A stretch of 56,656 bases of DNA from a virus (taxonomy: Duplodnaviria > Caudoviricetes), in the IMG/VR virus record IMGVR_UViG_3300036859_000863, positions 1 to 56,656 of that record; one strand, given 5' to 3'. Position 1 is the first letter of the stretch. Each line of letters starts with the position of its first letter. The translations under genes were made by a program, and so were the position numbers. The notes beneath the pieces were generated by a model. It did no database searches. It saw nothing but the letters and a program-made list of their open reading frames with translations, and was not told the DNA's origin. Below are positions 1-8,843 of this stretch, piece after piece.

Positions 1-324
1 GGCGGCGCCCCGGCGGGCGTATCGTCCAGCGCGGGCCAGTCGAACCTCGGCGGAATAGCGGGCGCGCTCGGCGTCGGTCAGGTCACGGCACGGGGCAGCG
101 ACGGCGGCAACGGCTACAGCCGCGGGCTGATCGCCGAACTGAAGGTCAACTTCGGGGGCGGCTCCCCACTGTCCGGTCACCGCTACCTCGGCACCGTCGA
201 GGACACCGCGCCCGGTCTGTTCCCCGGCGGCGGCGGCACGGGCGCCTCGGAGGGTTCCCAAGGCTCGGAGGTCGGCGGCACCGGCGCCACCGGGGTCGTG
301 GTCGTCGAGGTGTACGGCACCTGA
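1..324 (+). CDS. Glycine-rich tail fibre/minor tail protein, C-terminal part (partial; probably continues the ORF cut at the window end)
   Basis: Frame 1 is open from base 1 and reads GGAPAGVSS...PGLFPGGGGTGA...GATGVVVVEVYGT*. This matches the ends of the Gly-rich modules in 54730-56295 (GAAGMVTIDVYT, GAAGVVVVEVVT). The TGATG overlaps the next gene. Confidence 0.8.
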   Translation, partial: GGAPAGVSSSAGQSNLGGIAGALGVGQVTARGSDGGNGYSRGLIAELKVNFGGGSPLSGHRYLGTVEDTAPGLFPGGGGTGASEGSQGSEVGGTGATGVVVVEVYGT

Positions 325-1106
325 TGGGCTGCCAGCCGTGCCGCTGCGCACCCGTCGAGGTCGACGACCGACCGGAGTTCCCGGCGCCGTCCACCTCGAC
401 GGCGTTCTGCACGAACACCTACCTGGAGCTACCCGCCGGGATCGGCGCCACCAACCAGGGCGCCACCGCCCCCGACGCGCCGACGCTCGACATAGTCGGC
501 GACTTCGATCTGCGGGCCTGCGTCCTGATGGACGACTGGACTCCGGTCGCCGACTTCGGGTTCGCCGCCGTCATCGGCAAATGGGACACCGGCTCCTACG
601 GGCTGTTCGTCAAATCGACCGGTGTGCTCGGTGCGGTGTGGCTCGACAGCGGCGGTACGCAACGGTCGGCGGATTCGACGGCGGCGACCGGGTTCGTCGA
701 CGGCACCGCCCACTGGATCCGGGTCACCCTCGACGTGGACAACGGGGCGTCCGGGCGAACAGTCACGTTCTTCACCTCGAACCAGCCGATCGACACGAGC
801 CCGGCCGCGGTCACCTGGTCGACGCTCGGCGCCGCCGTCGTGCAGGCCGGCGTCACCACCGTCAGGGCGACTAGCGACCCGCTGTTCATCGGACAGATCG
901 GCACGGTCGAGGAGTGGGCCGGGAACTTCTACTACGGCGAGATACGCAACGGCGTCGGCGGGACGATCGTGGCGTCGCCGGACTTCCGGCACCGGCCGCC
1001 CGGCCAAACCCAGTACGCCGACGGCCAGGGCAACGTGTGGGCGGTGCGAGCCAACAGCGAGGTGAGCTGTCGGACCGCGACCGGGACCGGCTCCCCGCCC
1101 GCCTGA
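324..1106 (+). CDS. Virion-associated protein with LamG/concanavalin-like beta domain
   Basis: Cys-rich N-terminus. The beta-rich segment PDAPTLDIVGDFDLRACVLMDDWTP...IVASPDF...ADGQGNVW is paralogous to an internal domain of 49494-51017. Confidence 0.6.
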   Translation: MGCQPCRCAPVEVDDRPEFPAPSTSTAFCTNTYLELPAGIGATNQGATAPDAPTLDIVGDFDLRACVLMDDWTPVADFGFAAVIGKWDTGSYGLFVKSTGVLGAVWLDSGGTQRSADSTAATGFVDGTAHWIRVTLDVDNGASGRTVTFFTSNQPIDTSPAAVTWSTLGAAVVQAGVTTVRATSDPLFIGQIGTVEEWAGNFYYGEIRNGVGGTIVASPDFRHRPPGQTQYADGQGNVWAVRANSEVSCRTATGTGSPPA

Positions 1107-1107
1107 C

Positions 1108-1824
1108 ATGCCGAACCCCGTGAACGCCCCTTTAGTCCCGCTTTTTCACTTCTACCACTGCTACGCGGCCGGGGACTGGGCGCGGGCCGTCACCGAGCAC
1201 TGCGACGCCCTGACTCGCTTCGGGCTCTACGACCGTCTGGCGTCGCTGCACGTCGGGTTCGTCGGCAGCGACGAGCAGGTCAAGGCCGCCCGCCGCACGC
1301 TCGACGTGCTCACCCCCGACTACCGGGTGTGCGCCCAGGCCGAAACCGGGTGGGAGCAGGTCACCCTCACCGCGCTGCACGAGTTCGTCCAGGACCACGA
1401 CGGGCTCGTGTCCTACGCGCACACGAAGGGGTCGTCGCGGATCGACCCGATCGACGAGCCGTGGCGCCGGTCGATGGAGTACCACAACTTCGTGGAGTGG
1501 CGGCGACCGGCCGCGGCGTTGGCGTTCGAGGGGGCGGTGGTCGCTGGCTGCCACTGGATGCGGGGCACTTTGATCGAATGGTACGGCGACACGGGGGATA
1601 GCCAGCTCGTCGACGGTCAGGGTCAGGGCGAGTCGGGCTGGTTCGGCGGCAACTACTGGTGGGCGCGCTGCGACGTCCTGCGCCGCAACGTGCCGCCCGA
1701 ACTGGACAGTCGCCACCACGCCGAACACTGGATCGGGCTGATCTCGGGGGCGGTGCCGCTCGACGACGAGTCGATCCTCGACCTGAACCCGGGGCCGCCG
1801 GGGAACTTCAAGACGGACTGGTGA
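1108..1824 (+). CDS. Putative glycosyltransferase-like protein
   Basis: YHCY, YAHTKG and GGNYWWAR motifs, as in uncharacterised viral glycan-cluster proteins; adjacent to GT and methyltransferase genes. Family assignment is inference. Confidence 0.5.
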   Translation: MPNPVNAPLVPLFHFYHCYAAGDWARAVTEHCDALTRFGLYDRLASLHVGFVGSDEQVKAARRTLDVLTPDYRVCAQAETGWEQVTLTALHEFVQDHDGLVSYAHTKGSSRIDPIDEPWRRSMEYHNFVEWRRPAAALAFEGAVVAGCHWMRGTLIEWYGDTGDSQLVDGQGQGESGWFGGNYWWARCDVLRRNVPPELDSRHHAEHWIGLISGAVPLDDESILDLNPGPPGNFKTDW

Positions 1825-2567
1825 TGGTGGAGACGTGGGTGACTGTGCACGACCAGGATCTGATCGCCGCCTGCGAAGCCGACGGCCGATTCGCCGAGCT
1901 GCCGGACGTCGGCTACCTATTCGTCGGCCCGCGCCCGGTGGAAAATCTGCCGTTAGGCGCGGGAATCCTCGTGGCTCGCGACTATGAGCCGAACGTCGAG
2001 CATCTGCCCCACTTCTACGACCTGACCGGCTGGCATGTCCTCGCCCGCCACGCCAGCGCCGACCACCTGATCTGCGTCCAGTACGACATGCGTCCGGCCA
2101 TCCCGGACCTGGCCGAGCGGGCGGTCGAGCAGCTCGCCGACGTCCCGGTGGTGGCGTTCACCCCCGCCGGGTACGGGCCGAACTGGATGCTGCTCGTCGA
2201 CGGGTTCGAGCAGGCCTGGCGGCGGGGCATGGCCGCGGTCGGAGCCGACCCGGACCGGTGGCCGCCGTTCGAGACGTGGCCGACCACGGCGGGCACGGCG
2301 TGGCGGCGGGAGGCGTTCGTCGAGTTCCTGGCGTGGTTCGAGCCGCTGTTCGCGGCGTGGGCCGGCGAGCTGTGGGCCGGGCACCTAGCGGAACGGTCAC
2401 TGCACGCCTGGCTATGCGAGACCGGTCGGAAGCCCGGCTACCTGGCCGGAGCGATCGAACACGGGCGAGCCGATATTCACGGCACGGCGGCGCTAATGCG
2501 AGGCGAGCGCGACGTCTACGAGGCGAGGGACCGGGCGTTCCGGAACCAGTCCTCGAACGGCCCGTAG
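1824..2567 (+). CDS. Putative glycosyltransferase-like protein
   Basis: ATG overlaps the upstream stop (TGATG). Contains DHLICVQYD and GHLAERSL segments reminiscent of GT-A-type proteins; glycan-cluster context. Confidence 0.45.
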   Translation: MVETWVTVHDQDLIAACEADGRFAELPDVGYLFVGPRPVENLPLGAGILVARDYEPNVEHLPHFYDLTGWHVLARHASADHLICVQYDMRPAIPDLAERAVEQLADVPVVAFTPAGYGPNWMLLVDGFEQAWRRGMAAVGADPDRWPPFETWPTTAGTAWRREAFVEFLAWFEPLFAAWAGELWAGHLAERSLHAWLCETGRKPGYLAGAIEHGRADIHGTAALMRGERDVYEARDRAFRNQSSNGP

Positions 2568-3106
2568 CCGGGGGCGACGACGTCCTCCCGAATCCGCACG
2601 AACCCGCGGGCGGTGAGCCGCTCGTGGATGGCGTCCTTGCGGGCCGGGCCGTCAATGTACACATTTGTTTCCACAGTGATTAGACGGACGGTCCACTGGT
2701 CGAAATCCATGCCGTCGAGGACCTGCAGCTCGTGGCCCTCGACATCGATAGATACATAGTCGATCACCGGCGGCGCGTCGACGAGTTTCAGCATGTGGGT
2801 AAGGGTGTCGGCAGCCATCAGCGTTCCGGCGCCAACGGTGACGCCGTCGAACGGGAGAGGGACGGAGGTGTTCGAGGCGAGGGTGCAGACCCAGGCCGAG
2901 CCGGGCCGGTTGACGATGAGCCGCAGATACGCGGCCGTGTTGGGCTCGACGCACAGCCCGCGCCACCCGTAGTCACGTTCCAGGGCGAGCGTGTTGGAGT
3001 GCTCGACGCCGTCGTAGGCGCCCACGTCGACGAAGAACCCGCCCCGCAGCCCATCGAGCTGCTCGACCACCCATTGGTCCTGGCCGGCCTGAGCGTGAAA
3101 TGTCAC
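2516..3106 (-). CDS. FkbM-family SAM-dependent methyltransferase
   Basis: Motifs AQAGQD, FFVDVGAYDGVEHSNT, WRGLCVEPN and IDYVSIDVEGHELQVL. The GTG start overlaps the upstream stop. Confidence 0.85.
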   Translation of the reverse strand: MTFHAQAGQDQWVVEQLDGLRGGFFVDVGAYDGVEHSNTLALERDYGWRGLCVEPNTAAYLRLIVNRPGSAWVCTLASNTSVPLPFDGVTVGAGTLMAADTLTHMLKLVDAPPVIDYVSIDVEGHELQVLDGMDFDQWTVRLITVETNVYIDGPARKDAIHERLTARGFVRIREDVVAPGYGPFEDWFRNARSLAS

Positions 3107-4059
3107 AGCACCCGGCCGCAGATCGCGGCGAAGTCGGTGGCGAACCGCCCGGCGACCGACTGGTAGAGAACTTCGGCGTTGGTCTTCCAGTGGTCGTAGT
3201 CGTCGAGCACGTCGCGCAGCCGCACCTGAGGCCACACGGCGACCCACGGGTGACCGTGCCGGAACATCGACGCATTGGAGACGAGCGTCGGCCGGCGGGC
3301 GGCGATCAGATAATCGAACGCAGATGACAGGCCAGCGTCGGGCTGGCCGGGCTGGTAGAGCAGGCAGCACACGTCGCATCCGGCGAGCATGCGCACAACC
3401 TCGCCCTCGGGCACGTGGGCGACGCTCTGTTCGACACGGACACCGGGCTTCGCGGCGACCACCCGACGGGCCTCGGCGATGACCTCGGGTGCGTACAGCG
3501 GGGCGCCGTTGACGCCGTTGAAGTAGGCCTCCGGGGTGTGCAGCCAGACGATCGCCTCGTCGAGTTGGTGGGCGACCTCGGCGGCGACCTGGTCGAAGCC
3601 TTTGTGCGGGAACGCGAACCCGAACGACCCGATCACCGGCGGTTCGTTCCGGTAGCGCGACATCCCGATTGGCGTGTCGGGCAGCGGCCGGTTCACGCCG
3701 TGCACCCGGTCGTCGTCGCCGACGCCGGGTTCGAGGACGAGGACGTGGTCGAACCCGCGGGCCAGCAGCCCGTCGGCGAGCGGCCGCCACGTCGACAGCT
3801 CGTAGTTGTGGAGCACCGCCAACGTCGGGCAACCCGAGTGGGCGGGCATCAGCCACGGCATGAGGTCGGCCCGGTAGTTGACGACCACGACGTCCGGGTC
3901 GAAGCCGGCGAGGTCCCGGCGGTAGTCGTCCTCGCTGCCGCAGTCGGCGTGGGCGACGTCGAGCGGTCCCTCGGACAGGCGGGCGGCCATGCGCACGCCG
4001 AGGTCGTGGATCCCGCAGACCGGCGAGTGGGCGTGGTCGACGACCAGAACCCGAGTCAT
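3103..4059 (-). CDS. Glycosyltransferase (GT-B/GT4-like)
   Basis: MTRVLVVDH...CGIHDLG, IGSFGFAFPHKGFD, GLSSAFDYLIAARRP; ATGA-coupled to the upstream gene. Confidence 0.75.
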   Translation of the reverse strand: MTRVLVVDHAHSPVCGIHDLGVRMAARLSEGPLDVAHADCGSEDDYRRDLAGFDPDVVVVNYRADLMPWLMPAHSGCPTLAVLHNYELSTWRPLADGLLARGFDHVLVLEPGVGDDDRVHGVNRPLPDTPIGMSRYRNEPPVIGSFGFAFPHKGFDQVAAEVAHQLDEAIVWLHTPEAYFNGVNGAPLYAPEVIAEARRVVAAKPGVRVEQSVAHVPEGEVVRMLAGCDVCCLLYQPGQPDAGLSSAFDYLIAARRPTLVSNASMFRHGHPWVAVWPQVRLRDVLDDYDHWKTNAEVLYQSVAGRFATDFAAICGRVL

Positions 4060-5327
4060 CCGCCGACGACGTCGAACGTGGGGCACGGCACGATGAGCTT
4101 GCCGCCGTCGGCGAGATACTTCGCCTCGCGATCGCGGATTCCGGCGAGGAAATGCCAGGGCAGGACCAGCAGGTAGTCGGGGCGGGCGGAGCGCATGTCG
4201 GCCTCGGAGACGATCGGGATGTCGGTGCCGACGGTGCGCAGCCCCCACTTCTCCTGCTGCCGCTCGCCGATCGCGGTGATCAGCGTGTGGTCCAGCCCGA
4301 AGTACTGGAGGAGCGTATTGCCCTTCGTGGAGGCGCCGCACCCCATGACCGTTTGGCCCTGAGCGACGGCGTCTCGGACGAACCCGACGACCTGGTCGCG
4401 GAGCTTCTCGACCTGCCAGCGGAACTGATCCCATCGGGCAGCGGAGTTCATGCCGAACTCAGCCTCGAAGGCGTGGAGCGAGTCGTAGCGGGCCTCGGCG
4501 ACGTCGCGCCGCTGGCGGGTGGCGAACATGGCGGGGTCGGCGTCGGCGTGTCGTGCGATTACTCGGAGCGACCCGCCGTTCGTGTCGTTGAGCGTGGCGT
4601 CGACGACCGCGAACCCTGCGTCCTCCAGCGTGTCGGAGAGTGTTCGCAATGTGTAGTAGCGGGCGTGCTCGTGACAGATGTTATCGAAGGCCACCTGGCG
4701 GAGCATGAGCGGCGTGTACGCCAGCTGGACGACGAATAGCCCGTCGGGGGAGAGCAGGTTGCGGATCGCTTCGAGGAAGGCCGTAGGGTCCATCAGGTCG
4801 TAGAACATGGCGACGCACGTCACGACCCGCGCCTTGCCGTAGTGACGCTGCACCGCTCTCGACGACGACAGCGCCAGGGGCTCGCGGACGATCAGGTCGG
4901 CGTGGTCGAGGCACTCCTGCAGGAAGGTGCCGCCTATCGGGTCGATCCCGACGAGCGTCGGCGTCCTCGACTTGAACGCGGCCCGCACCTGGGAGAGCAG
5001 CGTCCCGTCGTTGGATGCGACGTCAACCCACACGTCCTCGGGGCCGAGGTCGACGAGATCGGCGGCGGCGGCGACGACGACGTCGCGGAGGGCTCGCCGC
5101 ATCGCCGGGTTCGTGCCCGACCGGTACCAGTAGCGTTCACCCCACATCACGTCGGGGGGCGGTTGCTCGGTCAGGTGCACGACCCGAGTGTCTTCGTCCA
5201 TGACCAACTCCAACGGGGCCGACGGGCAGCGGGGCTGCTCGCCGGGGGCGAGGAAGTCGGAGACGTACAGGTCGCCCAGCGACAGGAGAGACGTCACGAC
5301 CTGCAGGCTAGCGACGGGCACGGTCAC
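4056..5327 (-). CDS. NDP-sugar C-methyltransferase-like class I SAM methyltransferase
   Basis: Motifs YWYRSGTN, VDVASNDGTLL, FDNICHEHARYY, NGGSLRV, GASTKGNTLLQY and PDYLLVLPWHF. The start is uncertain (GTG 5327 chosen). Confidence 0.85.
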   Translation of the reverse strand: MTVPVASLQVVTSLLSLGDLYVSDFLAPGEQPRCPSAPLELVMDEDTRVVHLTEQPPPDVMWGERYWYRSGTNPAMRRALRDVVVAAAADLVDLGPEDVWVDVASNDGTLLSQVRAAFKSRTPTLVGIDPIGGTFLQECLDHADLIVREPLALSSSRAVQRHYGKARVVTCVAMFYDLMDPTAFLEAIRNLLSPDGLFVVQLAYTPLMLRQVAFDNICHEHARYYTLRTLSDTLEDAGFAVVDATLNDTNGGSLRVIARHADADPAMFATRQRRDVAEARYDSLHAFEAEFGMNSAARWDQFRWQVEKLRDQVVGFVRDAVAQGQTVMGCGASTKGNTLLQYFGLDHTLITAIGERQQEKWGLRTVGTDIPIVSEADMRSARPDYLLVLPWHFLAGIRDREAKYLADGGKLIVPCPTFDVVGG

Positions 5328-5402
5328 GGGCCGGGGATGCGACGGTGCACTACCGTAGGCCGACGTGCTGCTGTGGCTTCTCCTCGGCTGGCTGGGCGCA
5401 TC

Positions 5403-6497
5403 ATGCACGACGGCGCCCATCGTCGGGAGGATCCTGCACCGCGTCCTGCACTTCGACCCGCGTTGAGAGTCGTCGCCGTCTTCGCAGATCTATATGGCTG
5501 CGGCCACTATCGGATCGTGTGGCCCGGCGAGGCGGTGCACCAGGTGGGCGACATCGAGGTGGTGCTGGCGTCCCTGTCCGACGTGATCGGCCCGCCGAAC
5601 GCGATGGGCCAGTGGGTGCGGCTGCCGCCGTGCGACCTGGTGGTGGTGCAGCGGCCGACGCACCGGGCGGTCCGCAACCTAGTCGTCGGCTGCGTCGAGC
5701 GGGGCACCCCGGTGGTGGTCGACATGGACGACGACCTGTCGCGGATCCACCCGCGCAATCCGGCGTTCACGCTGCTACATCCGAAGAACAGCCCGCACAA
5801 CAACTGGGCGATCGCCGGTGAGGCGTGCCGACTGGCGACGATGGTGACGGTGTCGACGCCGGCGCTGGCGGCCCGCTACGGCGGCCACGGTCGGGTGCGG
5901 GTACTGCGCAACTGTGTGCCGGCCCGCTACCTCGACGTCGACCGGGTCGAGCCGGTGCCGCTGACCGTCGGCTGGGCGGGGTCGCTGCACTCGCACCCGG
6001 ACGATCTGGCGCCGGCGGCGCTGGCCGCCCAACGGTCGGGGCTGCCGTTCCAGGTGGTGGGCGACGGCGTCGGGGTGGCTCGGGCGCTCGGAGTGCGCTA
6101 CGTGGGGGTGACGGGGATCGTGCCGTTCGCCGACTGGCCCCGCCAGGTCGCCCAGCTGGGGATCGGGTTAGCGCCGCTGGCCGAGTCGCGGTTCAACGTC
6201 GCCAAGTCGGCGTTGAAGCCGCTGGAGATGGCGGCGGTGGGGGTGCCGTGGGTGGCGTCCCCGGCGGCGGAGTACCGGTGGCTGCACGAGCGGGGCTGCG
6301 GGGTGCTGGCCGACCGTCCGAAGGACTGGCTGCGCGAGGTGCGCGCGCTCGCCTCCGACCCGGGACGGCGGGCGGAGCTGTCCGAGGCGGGTCGTCGGGT
6401 GGCCGAGACGTTGACCTACGAAAACCAAGGATGGCAATGGGCACAGGCATGGGTGGAGGCAGCGGCGATGACTAGTTCCCGCTCTGTTCGTGCCTGA
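5403..6497 (+). CDS. Glycosyltransferase (GT-B, actinophage type)
   Basis: Motifs ADLYGCGHYRI, VVVQRP, DMDDDL, VGWAGSLHSH and IGLAPLAESRFNVAKSALKPLEMAAVGVP. The start could be ATG 5403 or TTG 5463. Confidence 0.85.
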   Translation: MHDGAHRREDPAPRPALRPALRVVAVFADLYGCGHYRIVWPGEAVHQVGDIEVVLASLSDVIGPPNAMGQWVRLPPCDLVVVQRPTHRAVRNLVVGCVERGTPVVVDMDDDLSRIHPRNPAFTLLHPKNSPHNNWAIAGEACRLATMVTVSTPALAARYGGHGRVRVLRNCVPARYLDVDRVEPVPLTVGWAGSLHSHPDDLAPAALAAQRSGLPFQVVGDGVGVARALGVRYVGVTGIVPFADWPRQVAQLGIGLAPLAESRFNVAKSALKPLEMAAVGVPWVASPAAEYRWLHERGCGVLADRPKDWLREVRALASDPGRRAELSEAGRRVAETLTYENQGWQWAQAWVEAAAMTSSRSVRA

Positions 6498-6515
6498 CCC
6501 ACTACCATCGGTGTC

Positions 6516-6605
6516 GTGACTCCTACCGAACCTGACGTGCCCGAGGAGCCGGAGGCGACCGAACCGGAGGACGACGCGCCGGGCGAGCAGATCGGCGACG
6601 ACTGA
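6516..6605 (+). CDS. 29-aa acidic Pro/Glu/Asp-rich peptide, coupled to the endolysin start
   Basis: VTPTEPDVPEEPEATEPEDDAPGEQIGDD*; its stop overlaps the endolysin ATG (TGATG); TACCAT -10-like box ends 7 nt upstream. Confidence 0.45.
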   Translation: MTPTEPDVPEEPEATEPEDDAPGEQIGDD

Positions 6606-7342
6606 TGTGGCGGCTGGCCGGTTCGCTGATCCAACTGCGCACCGAGGTCAACGCCGTCGCCCCGAACCGGAGCAAGGCGAGCGACGGGGCTATCGGGAAC
6701 GCCGCCCACGCCGCGTCGCGTAGCGACCATAACCCGCAGCAGGACGGGGTGGTGTGCGCCCTGGACGTCACCCATGACCCGGCGAACGGCGCCGACTGTC
6801 ACGCCTGGGCAGAGCGGGTGCGCACGTCCGGTCAGCCGTGCCTCAAGTACGTGATCTTCGCCGGCCGGATCGCGTCGGTGACCCGCGGCCTGGAGTGGCG
6901 GGCGTACACGGGGTCGAACCCGCACACGTCGCACATGCACGTCTCCGTCGGCCGCGGCGGCGACGGCCGTTCGACCGAGCCGTACGACGACGAGACCTCG
7001 TGGGGGATCGCCGCCGCGCCGGTCACCGGGACGCCGCAGGTGCAGCCGCCGCCCGCGGAGACGACGATGGCGGCGCCGCCGTTCCCGCTGCCGCAAGGCT
7101 GGTACTTCGGGCCGCGCTCCGGTCCCCGCGAGTCGGTATCCGGGTTCTACGGCCACGGCGACGACCTCGCCGCCTGGCAGCAGCAGATGCAAAGTCGGGG
7201 GTGGCGGATCACGGTCGACGGCCGGTACGGCGACGAGACGGCCCGGGTGGCCAGGCTGTTCCAGGCGGAGAAGGGGCTGGTTCCCGATTCGTTGATCGGC
7301 GAACAGACGTGGCTCGCAGCGTTCACGGCGCCTATCACTTAG
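6605..7342 (+). CDS. Endolysin (Zn peptidase-type N-domain plus peptidoglycan-binding domain)
   Basis: N-domain motifs SDGAIGNAAH, SDHNP, ALDVTHD and NPHTSHMHVS; C-terminal VDGRYGDET...FQAEKGLVPDSLIGEQTW peptidoglycan-binding motif. Confidence 0.85.
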   Translation: MWRLAGSLIQLRTEVNAVAPNRSKASDGAIGNAAHAASRSDHNPQQDGVVCALDVTHDPANGADCHAWAERVRTSGQPCLKYVIFAGRIASVTRGLEWRAYTGSNPHTSHMHVSVGRGGDGRSTEPYDDETSWGIAAAPVTGTPQVQPPPAETTMAAPPFPLPQGWYFGPRSGPRESVSGFYGHGDDLAAWQQQMQSRGWRITVDGRYGDETARVARLFQAEKGLVPDSLIGEQTWLAAFTAPIT

Positions 7343-7377
7343 GGGGGAGGATAGGCGGTGGCCGACGTCGACCGTGA

Positions 7378-7710
7378 ATGATCTCTTTTCTCGCGCAGTC
7401 GCCTGCCGATCCGACGTCCCCGTGGCTGGTGCTCGGCATCCCCGGTTTGATGGTGGTCGGGTTTCTGACCGGCCAGATCGTCACCAAGTTGCAGTTGACG
7501 AGGGAGTCCACTCGGGCCGACCTGTACGAGGCGAAGTACGACGCCCTGCTCACCGAAACGCAGGGTCAGATTCTCCCGGCGATAAAGCAGCACACCCAAA
7601 CGTTGACGGCGTTGGTGCCGGTGCTCGAACGGATGGTGAAGGTGATGGAGGATGAACGAACAACGGTTCCAGCGAGGAGGCCCAGTGGACGACAAACAAC
7701 GGGAAGCTGA
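7378..7710 (+). CDS. Membrane protein of lysis region
   Basis: Single N-terminal hydrophobic segment followed by a coiled-coil-like stretch; immediately after the endolysin. Confidence 0.55.
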   Translation: MISFLAQSPADPTSPWLVLGIPGLMVVGFLTGQIVTKLQLTRESTRADLYEAKYDALLTETQGQILPAIKQHTQTLTALVPVLERMVKVMEDERTTVPARRPSGRQTTGS

Positions 7711-7843
7711 GGCCCGCAAGGTCGTCGCCGAACTGGCCGAACAGATGAAGATCGCCCAGAAGGCGTTGGACAAACTGAACGAGCTGCTCATCGATGAGAC
7801 CGAACGCGAGTTGAAGAAGATCCACGCCGAACAGGGACCGTGA
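7685..7843 (+). CDS. Small coiled-coil hypothetical protein
   Basis: GAGGAGG SD before GTG 7685; helical charged sequence. Confidence 0.55.
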   Translation: MDDKQREAEARKVVAELAEQMKIAQKALDKLNELLIDETERELKKIHAEQGP

Positions 7844-8496
7844 TGGCGGACCAGCGGACCGACTGGCTACGCAACACGATCGTTGTCGTGCTGGTGGTCG
7901 GTATCGCCTACATCGTCTATGGCATCGACCAGCGGGCCCGCGAGTCGGAACGCACCGCCGCCGAGGCGTTGGCGTACGCCAACACGGTGAAGATCCAAGC
8001 CGAAGCCCAGGGCGCTGAGGTCAGTGAAGCGCCAGAGGTACTGCAGAATGTTCCGGTTCCGGTTCCTGGGCCTGGCCCGTCGGATGAGCAGGTGCGGGAC
8101 GCGGTGAGGGACTACCTGCTGCGCAACCCGCCGACGCCGGGACGGGCGCCAACCGACGCCGAGGTCCAGGCGGCGGTGACCGCCTACTGCACGGCCCGTG
8201 GCGGCTGCGTCGGTCCTGTCGGAGCTGAAGGCCGGGACGGGCAGCCGGGCAGCCCGGGCGCGGCCGGCAGCCCAGGTCCCAGCCCAACCGACGAACAGGT
8301 GGCGAACGCGGTCGTCGTCTACTGCGACGCCCACGCCGGTTGTGCCGGGGCACAGGGGCCAGCAGGCAGCCCGGGACCGGTCGGCCCCAGTGTCGACGCC
8401 TGCGACCCGCCAGCGGGCTACAACCCGCTTGTGAACCCCGATCAGCCGGGCTGGACCTGCTACACGACCACGACGACGTCGACTACCGTGCCGTGA
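7840..8496 (+). CDS. Membrane-anchored collagen-like protein (lysis region)
   Basis: N-terminal TM helix, G-X-Y repeats, and repeated PTDxQVxxAVxxYC motifs. Confidence 0.7.
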   Translation: MMADQRTDWLRNTIVVVLVVGIAYIVYGIDQRARESERTAAEALAYANTVKIQAEAQGAEVSEAPEVLQNVPVPVPGPGPSDEQVRDAVRDYLLRNPPTPGRAPTDAEVQAAVTAYCTARGGCVGPVGAEGRDGQPGSPGAAGSPGPSPTDEQVANAVVVYCDAHAGCAGAQGPAGSPGPVGPSVDACDPPAGYNPLVNPDQPGWTCYTTTTTSTTVP

Positions 8497-8726
8497 GTGG
8501 GCGTGACCGTCGCTGGGAACCGCGTCTCCTTGTCCGGGGAGATCGACGTCGCCGACCGCGAGAAGCTCGTCGGGGCGTTGGCGGAGGCCGCTGCCTATCA
8601 CCACGCCATGCGAGTGCATGATCTGCGGTCCGACGACATCCCTGATTGGGATGAGGACGTGCGCCCACTGGTCGAAACGTTCTTTGCTGGGCTCGCTTCC
8701 CTTTCCCTATGGGAAGAGGCCGAATC

Positions 8727-8843
8727 ATGAAGTGGCTTCGCCAACGGCAATGTCTTGTGTGTTGGCGCTGGTCGGGACGTCATCTTGTGTGCAAGCACCA
8801 TAAGCGCGAGTGGCGTGCGATATGGGATGAGGGGGAATCGTGA
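8727..8843 (+). CDS. 38-aa CxxC-containing micro-protein
   Basis: MKWLRQRQCLVCWRWSGRHLVCKHHKREWRAIWDEGES*; ATGA/GTGA overlaps on both sides. Confidence 0.6.
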   Translation: MKWLRQRQCLVCWRWSGRHLVCKHHKREWRAIWDEGES

